A stretch of DNA of 64,000 bases, taken from the NCBI GenBank assembly GCA_963785075.1, contig CAWATW010000003.1, positions 70,256 through 134,255 on the forward strand. Reading direction: 5' to 3'. The notes beneath the pieces were generated by a model, which was given only the letters and a program-made list of their open reading frames with translations, ran no database searches and had not been told where the DNA came from. Position 1 is the first letter of the stretch; each line of letters begins with the position of its first letter. A program made the translations under genes and the position numbers. This DNA is from an uncultured bacterium. GTDB taxonomy: Bacteria; Actinomycetota; Acidimicrobiia; Spongiisociales; ZC4RG35. This document shows, piece by piece, positions 19,220 through 29,141 of the stretch.

Positions 19220-21052
19220 TCACGGCAGTCGGGGTGCCACCACGTCGCCCTCGGACTCGACGGTCCCGACCAGGTCGAACCACTGCGGCGAGCCGGTCTC
19301 GATCACCTGGGTGCAGTCGGCGCATTCGAGGTCGATGATCCACACCGTCGTCGGTGGTGATGCCGGCTCCTGTGGCATCGCCGCCAGCACGAGCCGTCGC
19401 CCGTCGAAGTCGTGGATTTCGACATAGGGCCGTTGCTCGGTCCCGACGGGGACCCGCAACACCTCGCGATCCCGATCGGTGACAACCAACTCGGGCAGGT
19501 CGAACGGAGCGATCGGGCCCCCGGCCTCGTCACGTTCCACGGTGCTCCAGTCGGGATCCTCGATCGTCGCCGTGCGCTCCCCGACGGTGAAGGCCTCGCC
19601 GTCGAGCGTGCGCGGTCCGATCGGTGGATCGACCTGGACTCCCGTCTCCAGCTCGTGCCAGGAGGCCGCCCCGCCGAGCGGACGGACGCCCATCACGTGT
19701 CGATCTCCGACCATGGCCACGTCGACGACGACGATGTCGGTCATGGGCAGGGGAACTTCGGTGGTTCCGGCCGGGGTGATCCACAGGACGCCGCCGCCGC
19801 CGTCCTGGACTGCCACGAGCCCTTTGTCGCCGTCCCAGGCGGTGTTGCGGCCCGCGAACGAGAATGGGATCCAGGCAAGGGTTCTTCCCTGATCGTTGGT
19901 GATGCGATCGAACGAACCGGTGATCCATTGGGTGTCGTCGAGGGTGAGGGGGGCGAGGGGAATCAGACGTTCGAGCGGCGCGATCGAGACGAACGGTCCG
20001 TCGTCACCGAGACCGATACCGAACACGGTGGTCGGCCCGGCCGCGGTGTTCGCAGGGCCAGGCTCGACCGACCCCCAGGTTCGGTCGACGGAGAGAGCCA
20101 TCGGTGTACCCCCGGGTTGGAGCGACAGCACGAGCATCGGTCCGCCCGCGGATCCAGCGGCGGCTTGTGTTGTGGTGACGACGACACCATCGAGGAACGG
20201 ATCAGCCGAGATCGGTCGCGTTCCGGGCGGCAGCTGCCACTCGATGCCAGAACCGTCGGCACCGGTCAGCGTCACCGAGCCCTCCGTGAGGCCGATCCGG
20301 CGACCGTCGGGCAACGGGCGAAGCTCGGATCGACGCTGCTCGGACACCAACTCCCCGTCCACGGTGGCGACCGAGATCCACTGGACACTTGCGAATCCGA
20401 CATCCGAAGGAAGCACATCCGTCAGGCCGGCCCAGATCACGCCCTCGGCGTCGATCGCAAGTAGGGCGCCGTCCAGGTCGACGTCGAGGGGCAAGGTCCA
20501 GGCTGTTGAACCGTCGAGGTCCAGTGCTCGCAGCTGCGACCCTCCTGAACCAGTGCCACCGATGATCACGCCGGCGTCGCTGGCGACCAGTGATGAGGCC
20601 TCCATGTCGTCCCAGCGAGCGATCGGTTGGGCTTCCACGCCGATCGAGGTGAGGCTGTTGCGATCGAGAACGAGCCCCTCGCCCGACGGTCCCACGGCGA
20701 CACAGCACGGATCGACCAAATCGAAGAGTGGCGTGATTGCCTCCGTGAACATCGGAAGTGCCGCGGTCCCCACCGCTACCGGTTCCTGCGTTATCGAGTC
20801 GACCTCGGCAGTCGTGGTTTCGGTCACGGCAGACGTCGGCGGTGTGGCGTCGGTGGCGACGGGTGCCTCGGTTTGAGATGGGAATCCAAACACTGCGACA
20901 CCGATCCACACCGCTGCGACGCCGGCGACGGCCGGCACCAAAGCCGCCGTGCGGCGACGTCTGCGAACAGACTCGATCGGGTCGAGTGGCATGGAACGGT
21001 GTGCCGTTCGAACGTCGACGGCAGCCTGACGGGCGATCTCGTCGAGGTTCAC
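19220..21052 (-). CDS. Membrane-anchored protein with large (~540 aa) extracellular domain, putative anti-sigma factor/sensor, translationally coupled to the ECF sigma factor
   Basis: GTG start overlaps the sigma stop (GTGA). Short cytoplasmic N-terminus and a TM (TAALVPAVAGVAAVWIGVAVFGF). Extracellular part is rich in beta-strand-like repeats. Confidence 0.5.
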   Translation of the reverse strand: MNLDEIARQAAVDVRTAHRSMPLDPIESVRRRRRTAALVPAVAGVAAVWIGVAVFGFPSQTEAPVATDATPPTSAVTETTTAEVDSITQEPVAVGTAALPMFTEAITPLFDLVDPCCVAVGPSGEGLVLDRNSLTSIGVEAQPIARWDDMEASSLVASDAGVIIGGTGSGGSQLRALDLDGSTAWTLPLDVDLDGALLAIDAEGVIWAGLTDVLPSDVGFASVQWISVATVDGELVSEQRRSELRPLPDGRRIGLTEGSVTLTGADGSGIEWQLPPGTRPISADPFLDGVVVTTTQAAAGSAGGPMLVLSLQPGGTPMALSVDRTWGSVEPGPANTAAGPTTVFGIGLGDDGPFVSIAPLERLIPLAPLTLDDTQWITGSFDRITNDQGRTLAWIPFSFAGRNTAWDGDKGLVAVQDGGGGVLWITPAGTTEVPLPMTDIVVVDVAMVGDRHVMGVRPLGGAASWHELETGVQVDPPIGPRTLDGEAFTVGERTATIEDPDWSTVERDEAGGPIAPFDLPELVVTDRDREVLRVPVGTEQRPYVEIHDFDGRRLVLAAMPQEPASPPTTVWIIDLECADCTQVIETGSPQWFDLVGTVESEGDVVAPRLP

Positions 21053-21576
21053 AGTGCCACCTCCAGGGTCTTGGCGAGAGAAGCCCGTGCATGGGCGAGA
21101 GAGTTCTTCACGGTGCTCTCCGAGATGTCGAGGATGCGGGCGATGTCGACGACGGCGAGATCTTCGAGATAGTGGAGTGCGACGACCTCCCGCTGGCGCG
21201 TCGGCAACGCTCGGACCGCCTGCCAGAAGCGCTCGTTGTGCGGCTCGAGCTCGGGGAAGGCGGTGTGGCCCATCCCGGCGAAACGACTCAGTGCCCTCGC
21301 CTCGGCTCCGAGCCTGCGAAGACCCGACCGTGCCAGGTTCATTGCGACCACCCTCACCCATCCGGCGGGACTCTCGAAGTGGGCTACTTCGCCCCAATTG
21401 CGATGGGCGCGAAGGAACGCCTCTTGTGCGATGTCTTCGGCGCCGTGCCGGCTCCCGGTCAGCGTGTATACGAGTCCGACGACCGGTCGATACTGGGAGC
21501 GATAGAACTGGTCGAAGTCCTGCGTGAACGGTTCGGGTCCGGCAGGTCGATCTGACACGAATCTCCTCGTGGTCAT
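21049..21576 (-). CDS. ECF RNA polymerase sigma factor
   Basis: Region 2 (QDFDQFYRSQYRPVVGLVYTLTGSRHGAEDIAQEAFLRAHRNW) and region 4 (REVVALHYLEDLAVVDIARILDISESTVKNSLAHAR). Start taken at MTTRRF. The ORF extension to 21675 runs into a repeat element. Confidence 0.75.
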   Translation of the reverse strand: MTTRRFVSDRPAGPEPFTQDFDQFYRSQYRPVVGLVYTLTGSRHGAEDIAQEAFLRAHRNWGEVAHFESPAGWVRVVAMNLARSGLRRLGAEARALSRFAGMGHTAFPELEPHNERFWQAVRALPTRQREVVALHYLEDLAVVDIARILDISESTVKNSLAHARASLAKTLEVAL

Positions 21577-21662
21577 CGTTGCGGCTCGCTCGTGGGACTC
21601 ATACTGATAGAACGCACGACGACCCGCACGAGGTCTATGCAATGCCAACCGGTTCTGTGGGC

Positions 21663-21703
21663 GGTGGTCCGCCATTCTGGCGGACCTTTACCCTGGGTTT
21701 GGG
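21663..21703 (+). repeat. 41-bp REP-like hairpin element (copy 2): GGTGGTCCGCCATTCTGGCGGACCTTTACCCTGGGTTTGGG
   Basis: Near-identical (inverted) to 15692-15734. Lies in the sigma/argC divergent intergenic region. Confidence 0.6.
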
Positions 21704-21716
21704 ATCGGCTGGCGGG

Positions 21717-21739
21717 CTATGCGCATATGCGTATACTGC
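21717..21739. promoter_or_regulatory. Putative ARG box (ArgR operator) CTATGCGCATATGCGTATACTGC, 23 bp before the argC start
   Basis: 23/23 identical to 37027-37049, which is 8 bp upstream of argR. Contains the perfect palindrome TATGCGCATA. Assignment rests on position and duplication. Confidence 0.5.
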
Positions 21740-21761
21740 ACGGTTTCCGGGAGGACGGTCT

Positions 21762-22787
21762 TTGGGATACACGGTGGCGGTGCTCGGCGCATCCGGGTAC
21801 GCGGGCGGAGAAGTGGTTCGGTTCGTCGATGGTCACGACGGGCTCGACCTCGTGCATCTCGGGGCCCACAGCAAGGCCGGGGGAGTGTTGGGTGACGTGC
21901 ACCCGCATCTCGCCGGCGGCCACCGTCCGCTCGGATCGCATGACCTCGATGACATCCCTGATGTCGATCTCGCATTTCTCGCCCTTCCCCACGGGGCGTC
22001 CTGGGAGCTCGCACATGAGCTCGCGGCCAGGGGTAGCAAGGTGGTCGATCTGGGAAGCGACTACCGGCTCGACACCAACGACCGGTACGCCGCCGCGTAC
22101 GGGAGCGACCACCCGCTGCCAGGCGAGCTCGCGGCGTGGCGCTACGGGCTCCCAGAGCTCTTCGACCTGACCGGGGCCGACCGGGTCGCGTCGCCCGGCT
22201 GTTATCCGACCGCCGTGCTGCTGTCGATCGTGCCGCTGATCGCTGCGGGTCTGGTCCAGCCCGGCACCATCGTGGCGGACTGCCTCTCGGGGGTGTCAGG
22301 GGCTGGACGCTCGCTCAAGGAGGACCTGCTGTTCGGGGCCGTGGCCGAAGGTGTCCGTGCCTACGGCGTGACGACCCATCGGCACCGACCCGAGATCGAG
22401 ATGGCGATCGAACAGGCGACCGGCACGAGTTTCCCGGTCGTGTTCACCCCTCACCTCGTTCCCATGCAACGCGGAGAGCTGGCGACCGTCACCGCCCGGG
22501 CCGCCGACGGCGTCGGTCAGGGCGACCTCCGCGACGCGTTGCGCTCCGCCTACTCCGATGCGGCGTTCGTCGACGTGATCGACGGCCCTCCTCAGACCCG
22601 GTGGGTCGTGGGGTCCAATCGGGCGCTCGTCACGGCCTTCTTCGACGACTCGACGGGGATGCTCGTCGCTCAGGGTGCGATCGACAACCTGGTCAAGGGT
22701 GCGGCCGGACAGGCGGTCCAGGCCGCCAACGTGATGCTGGGGCTTCCGGAAGGCCAAGGGCTTCCGATCTCGGGCTGGATGCCATGA
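21762..22787 (+). CDS. argC: N-acetyl-gamma-glutamyl-phosphate reductase
   Basis: N-terminal NAD-binding AVLGASGYAGGE and a catalytic Cys region (SPGCYPT). TTG start at 21762 inferred; the long upstream ORF extension is rejected. Confidence 0.88.
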   Translation: MGYTVAVLGASGYAGGEVVRFVDGHDGLDLVHLGAHSKAGGVLGDVHPHLAGGHRPLGSHDLDDIPDVDLAFLALPHGASWELAHELAARGSKVVDLGSDYRLDTNDRYAAAYGSDHPLPGELAAWRYGLPELFDLTGADRVASPGCYPTAVLLSIVPLIAAGLVQPGTIVADCLSGVSGAGRSLKEDLLFGAVAEGVRAYGVTTHRHRPEIEMAIEQATGTSFPVVFTPHLVPMQRGELATVTARAADGVGQGDLRDALRSAYSDAAFVDVIDGPPQTRWVVGSNRALVTAFFDDSTGMLVAQGAIDNLVKGAAGQAVQAANVMLGLPEGQGLPISGWMP

Positions 22788-23980
22788 CCGGCGTCGACCA
22801 AGCTGTGCCGGTGACAGTCATCGAAGGGATCACCGCCGCCGCCGGATTCCGCGCCGCCGGAGCCGCCATCGGCATCAAGAAGACCGGTGCCCACGACATC
22901 GCGCTCGTCGCAGCCCATCAGCCGGTCCCCGCTGCGGCGGTGTTCACCACATCTCTTGCCGCCGCGCCACCGGTGCAACTCGGCCGCCGGCGGCTGCAGA
23001 CCGGCACGGTCCAGGCCGTCATCATCAACTCGGGAATCGCCAACGCCGGGACGGGAGATCCCGGATTGGCGGACGCGATGGCAGTGGGCGCCGCCGTCGC
23101 GGAGCAACTCGGGTGCGACGAGGACGATGTGTTGGTGTGCTCCACCGGAGTGATCGGACCGCGGATTCCCGTCGATCGGATCGTGCGCTCGGTTCCTGCC
23201 CTCGTGTCCGATCTCGACGTGGACCGGTCGCACGCCGAGGCCGCCGCTCGCGGGATCATGACGACCGACAGCGTCCCGAAGCAGGCTGCCGCCGAAGGCG
23301 GCGGTTGGGTGCTCGGCGGCATGGCCAAGGGTGCCGGCATGATCCGGCCCGACATGGCCACCATGCTCGCCTACATCACGACCGACGCCGTACTCGACGC
23401 AGGCACGATGGGTCCGATGCTCAAGGAGGCGGTGGACGTCACCTTCAACTGTCTCAACGTCGACGGTTGCCAGTCGACGAACGACACCGTTCTCCTGATG
23501 GCTTCAGGTGCCTCCGGCGCGGAACCCGATCCTGGACTGTTCTCCGCCGCATTGGAGGCCGTATGCGGAGATCTGGCGATGCAGATGGCCCAGGACGCCG
23601 AAGGCGCCTCGAAGGTCGTCTCGATCGAGGTGTCGGGCGCTGCAGCGGACTCGGAAGCGCGGCGGTTGGGGATGCAGGTGGCCGATTCGGCTTTGGTTCG
23701 TTCCGCATTCCATGGTGCCGATCCGAACTGGGGTCGAGTGTTGGGGGCACTCGGCGCCGCCGGTGTTCCTTTCGACCAGTCCCGGGTCGAGATCGCATTC
23801 GCCGGGGTCACCGTGTGTCGAGGCGGGATGGCGGTCCCCGTCGACGAGGAAGGACTGAGCAAGATGATGCAGTCTGACTTCGACGTGGCCGTCGTCGTTG
23901 GAGACGGCCCGGGTACGGCGAGGGTGGTCACCACGGACCTCACGCCCGACTACGTCCGCTTCAACTCGGATCGGTCATGA
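22784..23980 (+). CDS. argJ: Bifunctional glutamate N-acetyltransferase / ornithine acetyltransferase
   Basis: ATGA overlap with argC. ArgJ autoproteolysis site ...ATMLAYITTDA (T nucleophile) and overall ArgJ-length protein (399 aa). Confidence 0.9.
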   Translation: MTGVDQAVPVTVIEGITAAAGFRAAGAAIGIKKTGAHDIALVAAHQPVPAAAVFTTSLAAAPPVQLGRRRLQTGTVQAVIINSGIANAGTGDPGLADAMAVGAAVAEQLGCDEDDVLVCSTGVIGPRIPVDRIVRSVPALVSDLDVDRSHAEAAARGIMTTDSVPKQAAAEGGGWVLGGMAKGAGMIRPDMATMLAYITTDAVLDAGTMGPMLKEAVDVTFNCLNVDGCQSTNDTVLLMASGASGAEPDPGLFSAALEAVCGDLAMQMAQDAEGASKVVSIEVSGAAADSEARRLGMQVADSALVRSAFHGADPNWGRVLGALGAAGVPFDQSRVEIAFAGVTVCRGGMAVPVDEEGLSKMMQSDFDVAVVVGDGPGTARVVTTDLTPDYVRFNSDRS

Positions 23981-24882
23981 CCACCGGACACTCGTCGCCG
24001 AGCGCCGCGAAGGCGCGAATCGCCAACTCGATGGGCAAGGCGTCGATTCTCATGGAGGCGATGCCATACATCCAACGCTTCCGGGGCGAGGTGGTCGTGA
24101 TCAAGTACGGCGGATCCACCATGGAGGACCCGGCGCTGCAACACTCATTCGCCGGCGACATCACGCTTCTGCACACGGTGGGGATCCTGCCGGTGATCGT
24201 GCATGGTGGAGGACCGCAGATCTCCGAGGCGATGGCGCGGGAAGGTGTCGAACCCGAGTGGGTCGATGGCCTGCGCGTGACGGACGAGGCGACGATTCGT
24301 GTGGTGCAGAAGACCTTGATCGGCGAGGTCAACGCAGACATCGTGAACCTGCTCGGTGGTCATGGTGCCGGCGCAATCGGCATCTCCGGCCTCGACGCCG
24401 GTCTGTTCTCGGCTCGTCCGCTCGACCCGCGGCTGGGATTCGTTGGGGAGATCACCAGGGTCAACACCGATCTCGTCGCCCGCCTGCTCGAGGATGGTCT
24501 CGTGCCGGTGGTCGCCCCTCTGGCCCGTGGCGAGGAGGGCGGGGTCTACAACTGCAATGCCGACACGGCAGCAGCAGCCCTTGCTTCCGCGCTCCAAGCG
24601 CGAAAGCTCGTCTACCTCACCGATGTCGAGGGGGTCTACCGGGACAAAGACATCCCTGGCTCGCTGATCGCCCGGATGGACCGGGCCAGCCTCGGGGAGC
24701 TTCTGCACAGTATCGAAGGCGGGATGCTCCCAAAGCTCAGGTCGGTCGCCGATGCCCTCGACAGCGGTGTGCGGCGAGCGCACATCCTGGACGGTCGCGT
24801 CCAGCACGCCGTATTGCTCGAGATGTTCACGCGCGAGGGCATCGGGACGATGATGACCCAGGATGGCGATGATCGTGCGTGA
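23977..24882 (+). CDS. argB: Acetylglutamate kinase
   Basis: ATGA overlap with argJ. AAK family motifs VVIKYGGS and VIVHGGGPQI. Confidence 0.9.
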   Translation: MTTGHSSPSAAKARIANSMGKASILMEAMPYIQRFRGEVVVIKYGGSTMEDPALQHSFAGDITLLHTVGILPVIVHGGGPQISEAMAREGVEPEWVDGLRVTDEATIRVVQKTLIGEVNADIVNLLGGHGAGAIGISGLDAGLFSARPLDPRLGFVGEITRVNTDLVARLLEDGLVPVVAPLARGEEGGVYNCNADTAAAALASALQARKLVYLTDVEGVYRDKDIPGSLIARMDRASLGELLHSIEGGMLPKLRSVADALDSGVRRAHILDGRVQHAVLLEMFTREGIGTMMTQDGDDRA

Positions 24883-24912
24883 GGCCTGTATGGACCGCGT
24901 CCAGGTGGGCTC

Positions 24913-26076
24913 GTGAGCCTCATCGATCGAGAAGCGGACGTCGTGATGCAGACATACGGGCGGCTCCCGGTGACGTTTGTGTCGGGTGAGGGGTCGTGGC
25001 TCACCGACGACGCCGGCAAGCGGTATCTCGACTGCCTCACGGGTCTGGCCGTGGTGTCGGTCGGACACGCCAACCCGAGGGTTGCGGCGGCGGTGACCGA
25101 CCAGATGCAGCGGCTCGTACACGTGTCCAACCTCTACTACACCGAGCCGATGGTGCGGTTGGCCGAGCGTCTGACGGAGGTGTCCGGGCTCGACAGGGTC
25201 TTCTTCGCCAACTGTGGCGCCACGGCCAACGAGGCGGCGATCAAGCTCGCTCGCCGATGGGGCCAGACCAATCGCGGTGAGCACTGCCACCAGGTCATCT
25301 CGCTGCTCGACTCGTTCCACGGGCGTTCCCTGGCCACATTGGCGGCAACCGGCCAACCCGCCAAGCAGGCCACCTTCGAGCCGCTACCCACGGGGTTCGC
25401 CCAGGTGCCTCCAGGCGACATCGACGCCCTCGCAGCAACGATGTCGGAATCGACGGCCGCAGTCATGCTCGAGACCGTGCAAGGGGAGGGCGGCGTCAAC
25501 CCCCTGTCCGTCGAGTACCTGCGAGCGGTGCGGGATCTGTGCACAGATCACAACGTCCTGCTGATCGTCGACGACGTCCAGGCCGGCATGGGCCGGACGG
25601 GGTCGTGGTTCTCGTGGCAGCAGCTGGGATTCGAGCCAGATGTCGCCACCACGGCGAAAGCGCTGGCGAACGGGCTTCCGATCGGGGTCTGCATGGCAAC
25701 CGACACGGTGGCAAAGGCCTTCCAGAAGGGAGACCACGCCACGACCTTTGGAGGCGGACCCGCCGTGTGCGCCGCAGCGCTTGCAGTGATGGACGAGATC
25801 GACGATCGGGGTCTTCTCGCCAACTGCCGCGACCGGTCGATCCAGCTGCAAGAGGAACTCTCCGCCCTGCAAGGGGTCGCCGCGGTGCGCGGTCGCGGGC
25901 TTCTGCTGGCTGCGGTCCTCGAGACGGACGGTGCACCCGGTGTGGCGGATCGGGCGATGGAGAACGGGCTGATCGTGAACGCGGTCAGACCAGACGCCGT
26001 CAGGTTCGCCCCGCCGTTGACCATCACGCCCGACGAAGTCGGCGAGGCAGTGCGCCGGTTTTCGATGTCGCTGTGA
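24913..26076 (+). CDS. argD: Acetylornithine aminotransferase
   Basis: Class-III aminotransferase with PLP-binding motifs (LLIVDDVQAGMGRTG, TTAKALANG). Confidence 0.9.
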   Translation: MSLIDREADVVMQTYGRLPVTFVSGEGSWLTDDAGKRYLDCLTGLAVVSVGHANPRVAAAVTDQMQRLVHVSNLYYTEPMVRLAERLTEVSGLDRVFFANCGATANEAAIKLARRWGQTNRGEHCHQVISLLDSFHGRSLATLAATGQPAKQATFEPLPTGFAQVPPGDIDALAATMSESTAAVMLETVQGEGGVNPLSVEYLRAVRDLCTDHNVLLIVDDVQAGMGRTGSWFSWQQLGFEPDVATTAKALANGLPIGVCMATDTVAKAFQKGDHATTFGGGPAVCAAALAVMDEIDDRGLLANCRDRSIQLQEELSALQGVAAVRGRGLLLAAVLETDGAPGVADRAMENGLIVNAVRPDAVRFAPPLTITPDEVGEAVRRFSMSL

Positions 26077-26084
26077 GGACGGCG

Positions 26085-27221
26085 TCAGTGTCGTGCGACG
26101 GCGCGCCCGATCAGCGGTCCGGCGGTTGCCATCACCAGCACGTATCCGGCCGCGATCGGTCCGATCCCATCAGCCAGGCCTGCAGACACGCCGAGACCGG
26201 CGATGACGATCGAGAACTCCCCACGAGCGACGAGGGCCGCGCCGGCACGGCGGCGGCCCCGTGGTCCGATCCCGGCCCGTCGCGCCGCCCACCAGCCGGT
26301 GGCGATCTTCGTGGCACCGGTGATGATCGCAAGAACGATCACCGTTCCGGCGACGCCCGGAAGTAGGCGCGGATCGGTCGACAGCCCGAAGAAGACGAAG
26401 AACACGCCGGCGAAGAGGTCGCGGATGGGCGTCAGTAGCTCCGTTGCGCGATGGGCCGCCTCGCCCGACACGCCGATCCCTACCAGGAAGGCACCGACCG
26501 CGGCCGACACGTGCAATTGTTCGGCGGCGCCGGCCACGAGCAGCGCAACACCGAGCACGGTGAGGAGGTTCACCTCGTCGGATCGGCTGAGGAGCACGGC
26601 ACTGACTCGATCGCCGTGCCGGGCGGCAAGGGCGATGATCCCGGCCACTGCGAGCAGCGCGACGGAGACCGATCCGGTCACCGACCACAGCGTCCCGCCT
26701 ACGGCGAGGGCCCCGAGAATGGGGAGCATGATGGCCATGGCCAGGTCCTCGAACACGAGCAACGACAGCACGACGGGGGTCTCCCTGTTGGCCGTCCACT
26801 CGAGGTCCGACAGGAGTTTGGCGACGACGCCCGACGACGAGATGTACGTCACGCCGCCGAGGTAGAGGGACCCCACCGGACCGAAGCCGAGCAAGAGCCC
26901 GGCCGCGTAGCCAGGAGCGAAGTTCAAGACCAGATCCATCACGCCGGCGCGGAACGTGGTGCGCATTCCTGTGACCAGCTCCTGTGCGGAATACTCCAAT
27001 CCGAGCATCAGGAGGAGGAGGACGACACCCACCTCTGCACCCACGTCCACGAACTCCTCGGACGTGACCAGCGGGACGATGCCCCCTTCGCCGAACGCGA
27101 GGCCACCGACCAGGTAGAGCGGGATCGGGGAGAGCCCGACCCGGACCGCCAGCCTGGCGAGAACCGCCAGCAGCAAGATGATCCCGCCCAACTCGAGGAA
27201 GAGCAGGGCTGTGTGGCTCAT
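26085..27221 (-). CDS. Cation:proton antiporter (Na+/H+ exchanger family)
   Basis: 378 aa, about 11-12 TM helices, typical CPA family composition. Confidence 0.75.
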   Translation of the reverse strand: MSHTALLFLELGGIILLLAVLARLAVRVGLSPIPLYLVGGLAFGEGGIVPLVTSEEFVDVGAEVGVVLLLLMLGLEYSAQELVTGMRTTFRAGVMDLVLNFAPGYAAGLLLGFGPVGSLYLGGVTYISSSGVVAKLLSDLEWTANRETPVVLSLLVFEDLAMAIMLPILGALAVGGTLWSVTGSVSVALLAVAGIIALAARHGDRVSAVLLSRSDEVNLLTVLGVALLVAGAAEQLHVSAAVGAFLVGIGVSGEAAHRATELLTPIRDLFAGVFFVFFGLSTDPRLLPGVAGTVIVLAIITGATKIATGWWAARRAGIGPRGRRRAGAALVARGEFSIVIAGLGVSAGLADGIGPIAAGYVLVMATAGPLIGRAVARH

Positions 27222-27222
27222 G

Positions 27223-27708
27223 TCAGACCGGGGCGAGGTCGTCGACGACGGCGGCGATTCCCTCTGGTGTTCCCACGACCACCAACGTGTCGTCGACCTC
27301 TAGCCCGAACTCCGGCCCGGGTGACGGAATGGGGACCTCGTCGCGAAGCACGGCCACGACCGATACCCCGGTTCGGGTGCGAATGCGTGCATCGCCGATC
27401 GTGCCACCTGCGTACGACGAGCCCGGCAGGATCTTGAGCCAGTCGATGGCGAGGCCCTCCACACTCTGTTGCAGCCGTGCCAGTCCGGTGACGACCGGAG
27501 ACACGCCGAGAATCTCGACGAGCGTGTGGGCCTCGTCTTCGGACAGATGGAGCGTCGATGCGACCTCATCGGGGTCCGCGGGTTCGCACACGTACAGCTC
27601 GCGGCGTCCTCCCCGATGATGGATCACGCCGACGCGCTGACCTTCTGTCGTCCAGATGTCGTAGCGGATGCCGACGCCTGGGAGATCCGTTTCTTCGATT
27701 CGAGACAT
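27223..27708 (-). CDS. TrkA-C (RCK_C) domain regulatory protein
   Basis: C-terminal RCK_C-like fold (VSVVAVLRDEVPIPSPGPEFGLEVDDTLVVVG). Stop is 1 bp before the antiporter ATG at 27221. Confidence 0.6.
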   Translation of the reverse strand: MSRIEETDLPGVGIRYDIWTTEGQRVGVIHHRGGRRELYVCEPADPDEVASTLHLSEDEAHTLVEILGVSPVVTGLARLQQSVEGLAIDWLKILPGSSYAGGTIGDARIRTRTGVSVVAVLRDEVPIPSPGPEFGLEVDDTLVVVGTPEGIAAVVDDLAPV

Positions 27709-27838
27709 CCATCTTCTCCGTCGAGGAGCGATCAGCCTAGAACGAATGCAGCGGCGTGTAACACGCCAAGACTGTCCGAGACTGGACATTCGACGAGGTG
27801 CAGGGGTGCGCTTCGCGAAAGACCGGGAGGTTGGGGAT

Positions 27839-29141
27839 ATGAGACGTCGTGTGGCCTGGGGGGCGTTGGCGCTGGTCGCGGCATTGGTCGTGGGCATGAG
27901 CCCGGCGGTCGCCGACGGCAACCAGACACTTGGCACGCCGAGCGTGCCCATCGCTTCGGGGAGTGGAATCGCAACCGGCGGCACGGGTCTTGCCGACACT
28001 GGATCAGGGACGATCGACCTGACGGTTCCGGATGGTGCTTCGGTCGCTCAGGTGCTGCTGTACTGGGAAGGCCAGTACGTCGCCGGGACGGGTGCAACGG
28101 ACGACACGATCGTCGTGGATGGCCACACGGTCACAGGGACTCTCATCGGCACGAGCGAGCACTTTCCGACGGCAGCCGGAATGGTCATGAGCGACACGTA
28201 TCGTGCGGACATCACCGGACTCGGTGTGGTGTCGGCCGGTGCCAACTCGCTGTCCGTGTCAGATGTTGCGTTCGGGTTCGTGACCGATGGCGCCGGGGTG
28301 GTGGTGATCCTGGACGACGGATCGACCGTCGCCACGATCGACGTTCGCGACGGCAACGACGGAGCCTATGCGTTGTTCCCCGAACCACGCCGCTCGACCG
28401 TGCCTCAGACGTTCACTTTCCCGGCGTCCACGCTCCCGCGGGTCGCAGACATCGCGATGCTGGTCTCCAGCGCAGCCGATCAGTTCCCGGGAAGCGAAAC
28501 GAGGCCGAATCTCGTCGTGTTCAGCGGCGGTGTCACCACCACCTTCTACAACCCGTTCGGTGACCTCCAGGGCAACCATTGGGACAGCAAGGTGCTGCAG
28601 GTGGGCATTCCTGCCGGTGCGACGACCATGACCATCGAGGTTGTCTCCCCGAACAATGGATACCCGTCGCCCGACGCCGACCGTCCCGCGTCTCTGTTCT
28701 GGAACGCCGCCGCACTCTCCATCGCACCGCCGCCACCGGCAGGTGACGGCTGCACCCTCACCGCGGGATACTGGCAGACGCACTCCGAACTCGGTCCCGC
28801 GGCGTACGACAGTACATGGGACGCCAAGGCTGGAGGGTCCGCCCCGTTCTTCGACAGCGGCATGAGCTACATCGCCGTCGCTCCAGGCGTCGAGCAAAGG
28901 CGGGAACGCCTATGTGATCCTGGCGCAGCAATACATCGCAGCCGAGCTCAACGTCATCGCCGGCGCAACCGTGCCTGCCGAGGTGTTCACTGCGATGTCG
29001 AGTGCAGCGACGCTCCTGGACAAATGGGAGACCTCCGGCGTCATACCGAAGAAGGACCCGGATCGGGCGACGGCGATCGCTCTGGCGGGGATCCTGGACG
29101 GCTACAACAACGGGCTCGTAGGTCCGGGACACTGCGAGTGA
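27839..29141 (+). pseudogene. Secreted protein (signal peptide MRRRVAWGALALVAALVVGMSPAVADG) disrupted by a +1 frameshift near 28865-28885
   Basis: Frame A reads a protein-like sequence up to ...PFFDSGMSYIAVA and then degenerates. Frame A+1 continues with protein-like ...SSKGGNAYVILAQQYIAAELNVIAGATVP...GLVGPGHCE to the stop at 29141. Confidence 0.5.

Noticed and set aside
21577-21761. N-terminal extensions of the sigma ORF (to 21675) and of the argC ORF (from 21579)
   Set aside because: Both extensions run through the REP-like repeat and ARG box. The conserved protein cores begin at 21576 (sigma) and 21762 (argC).
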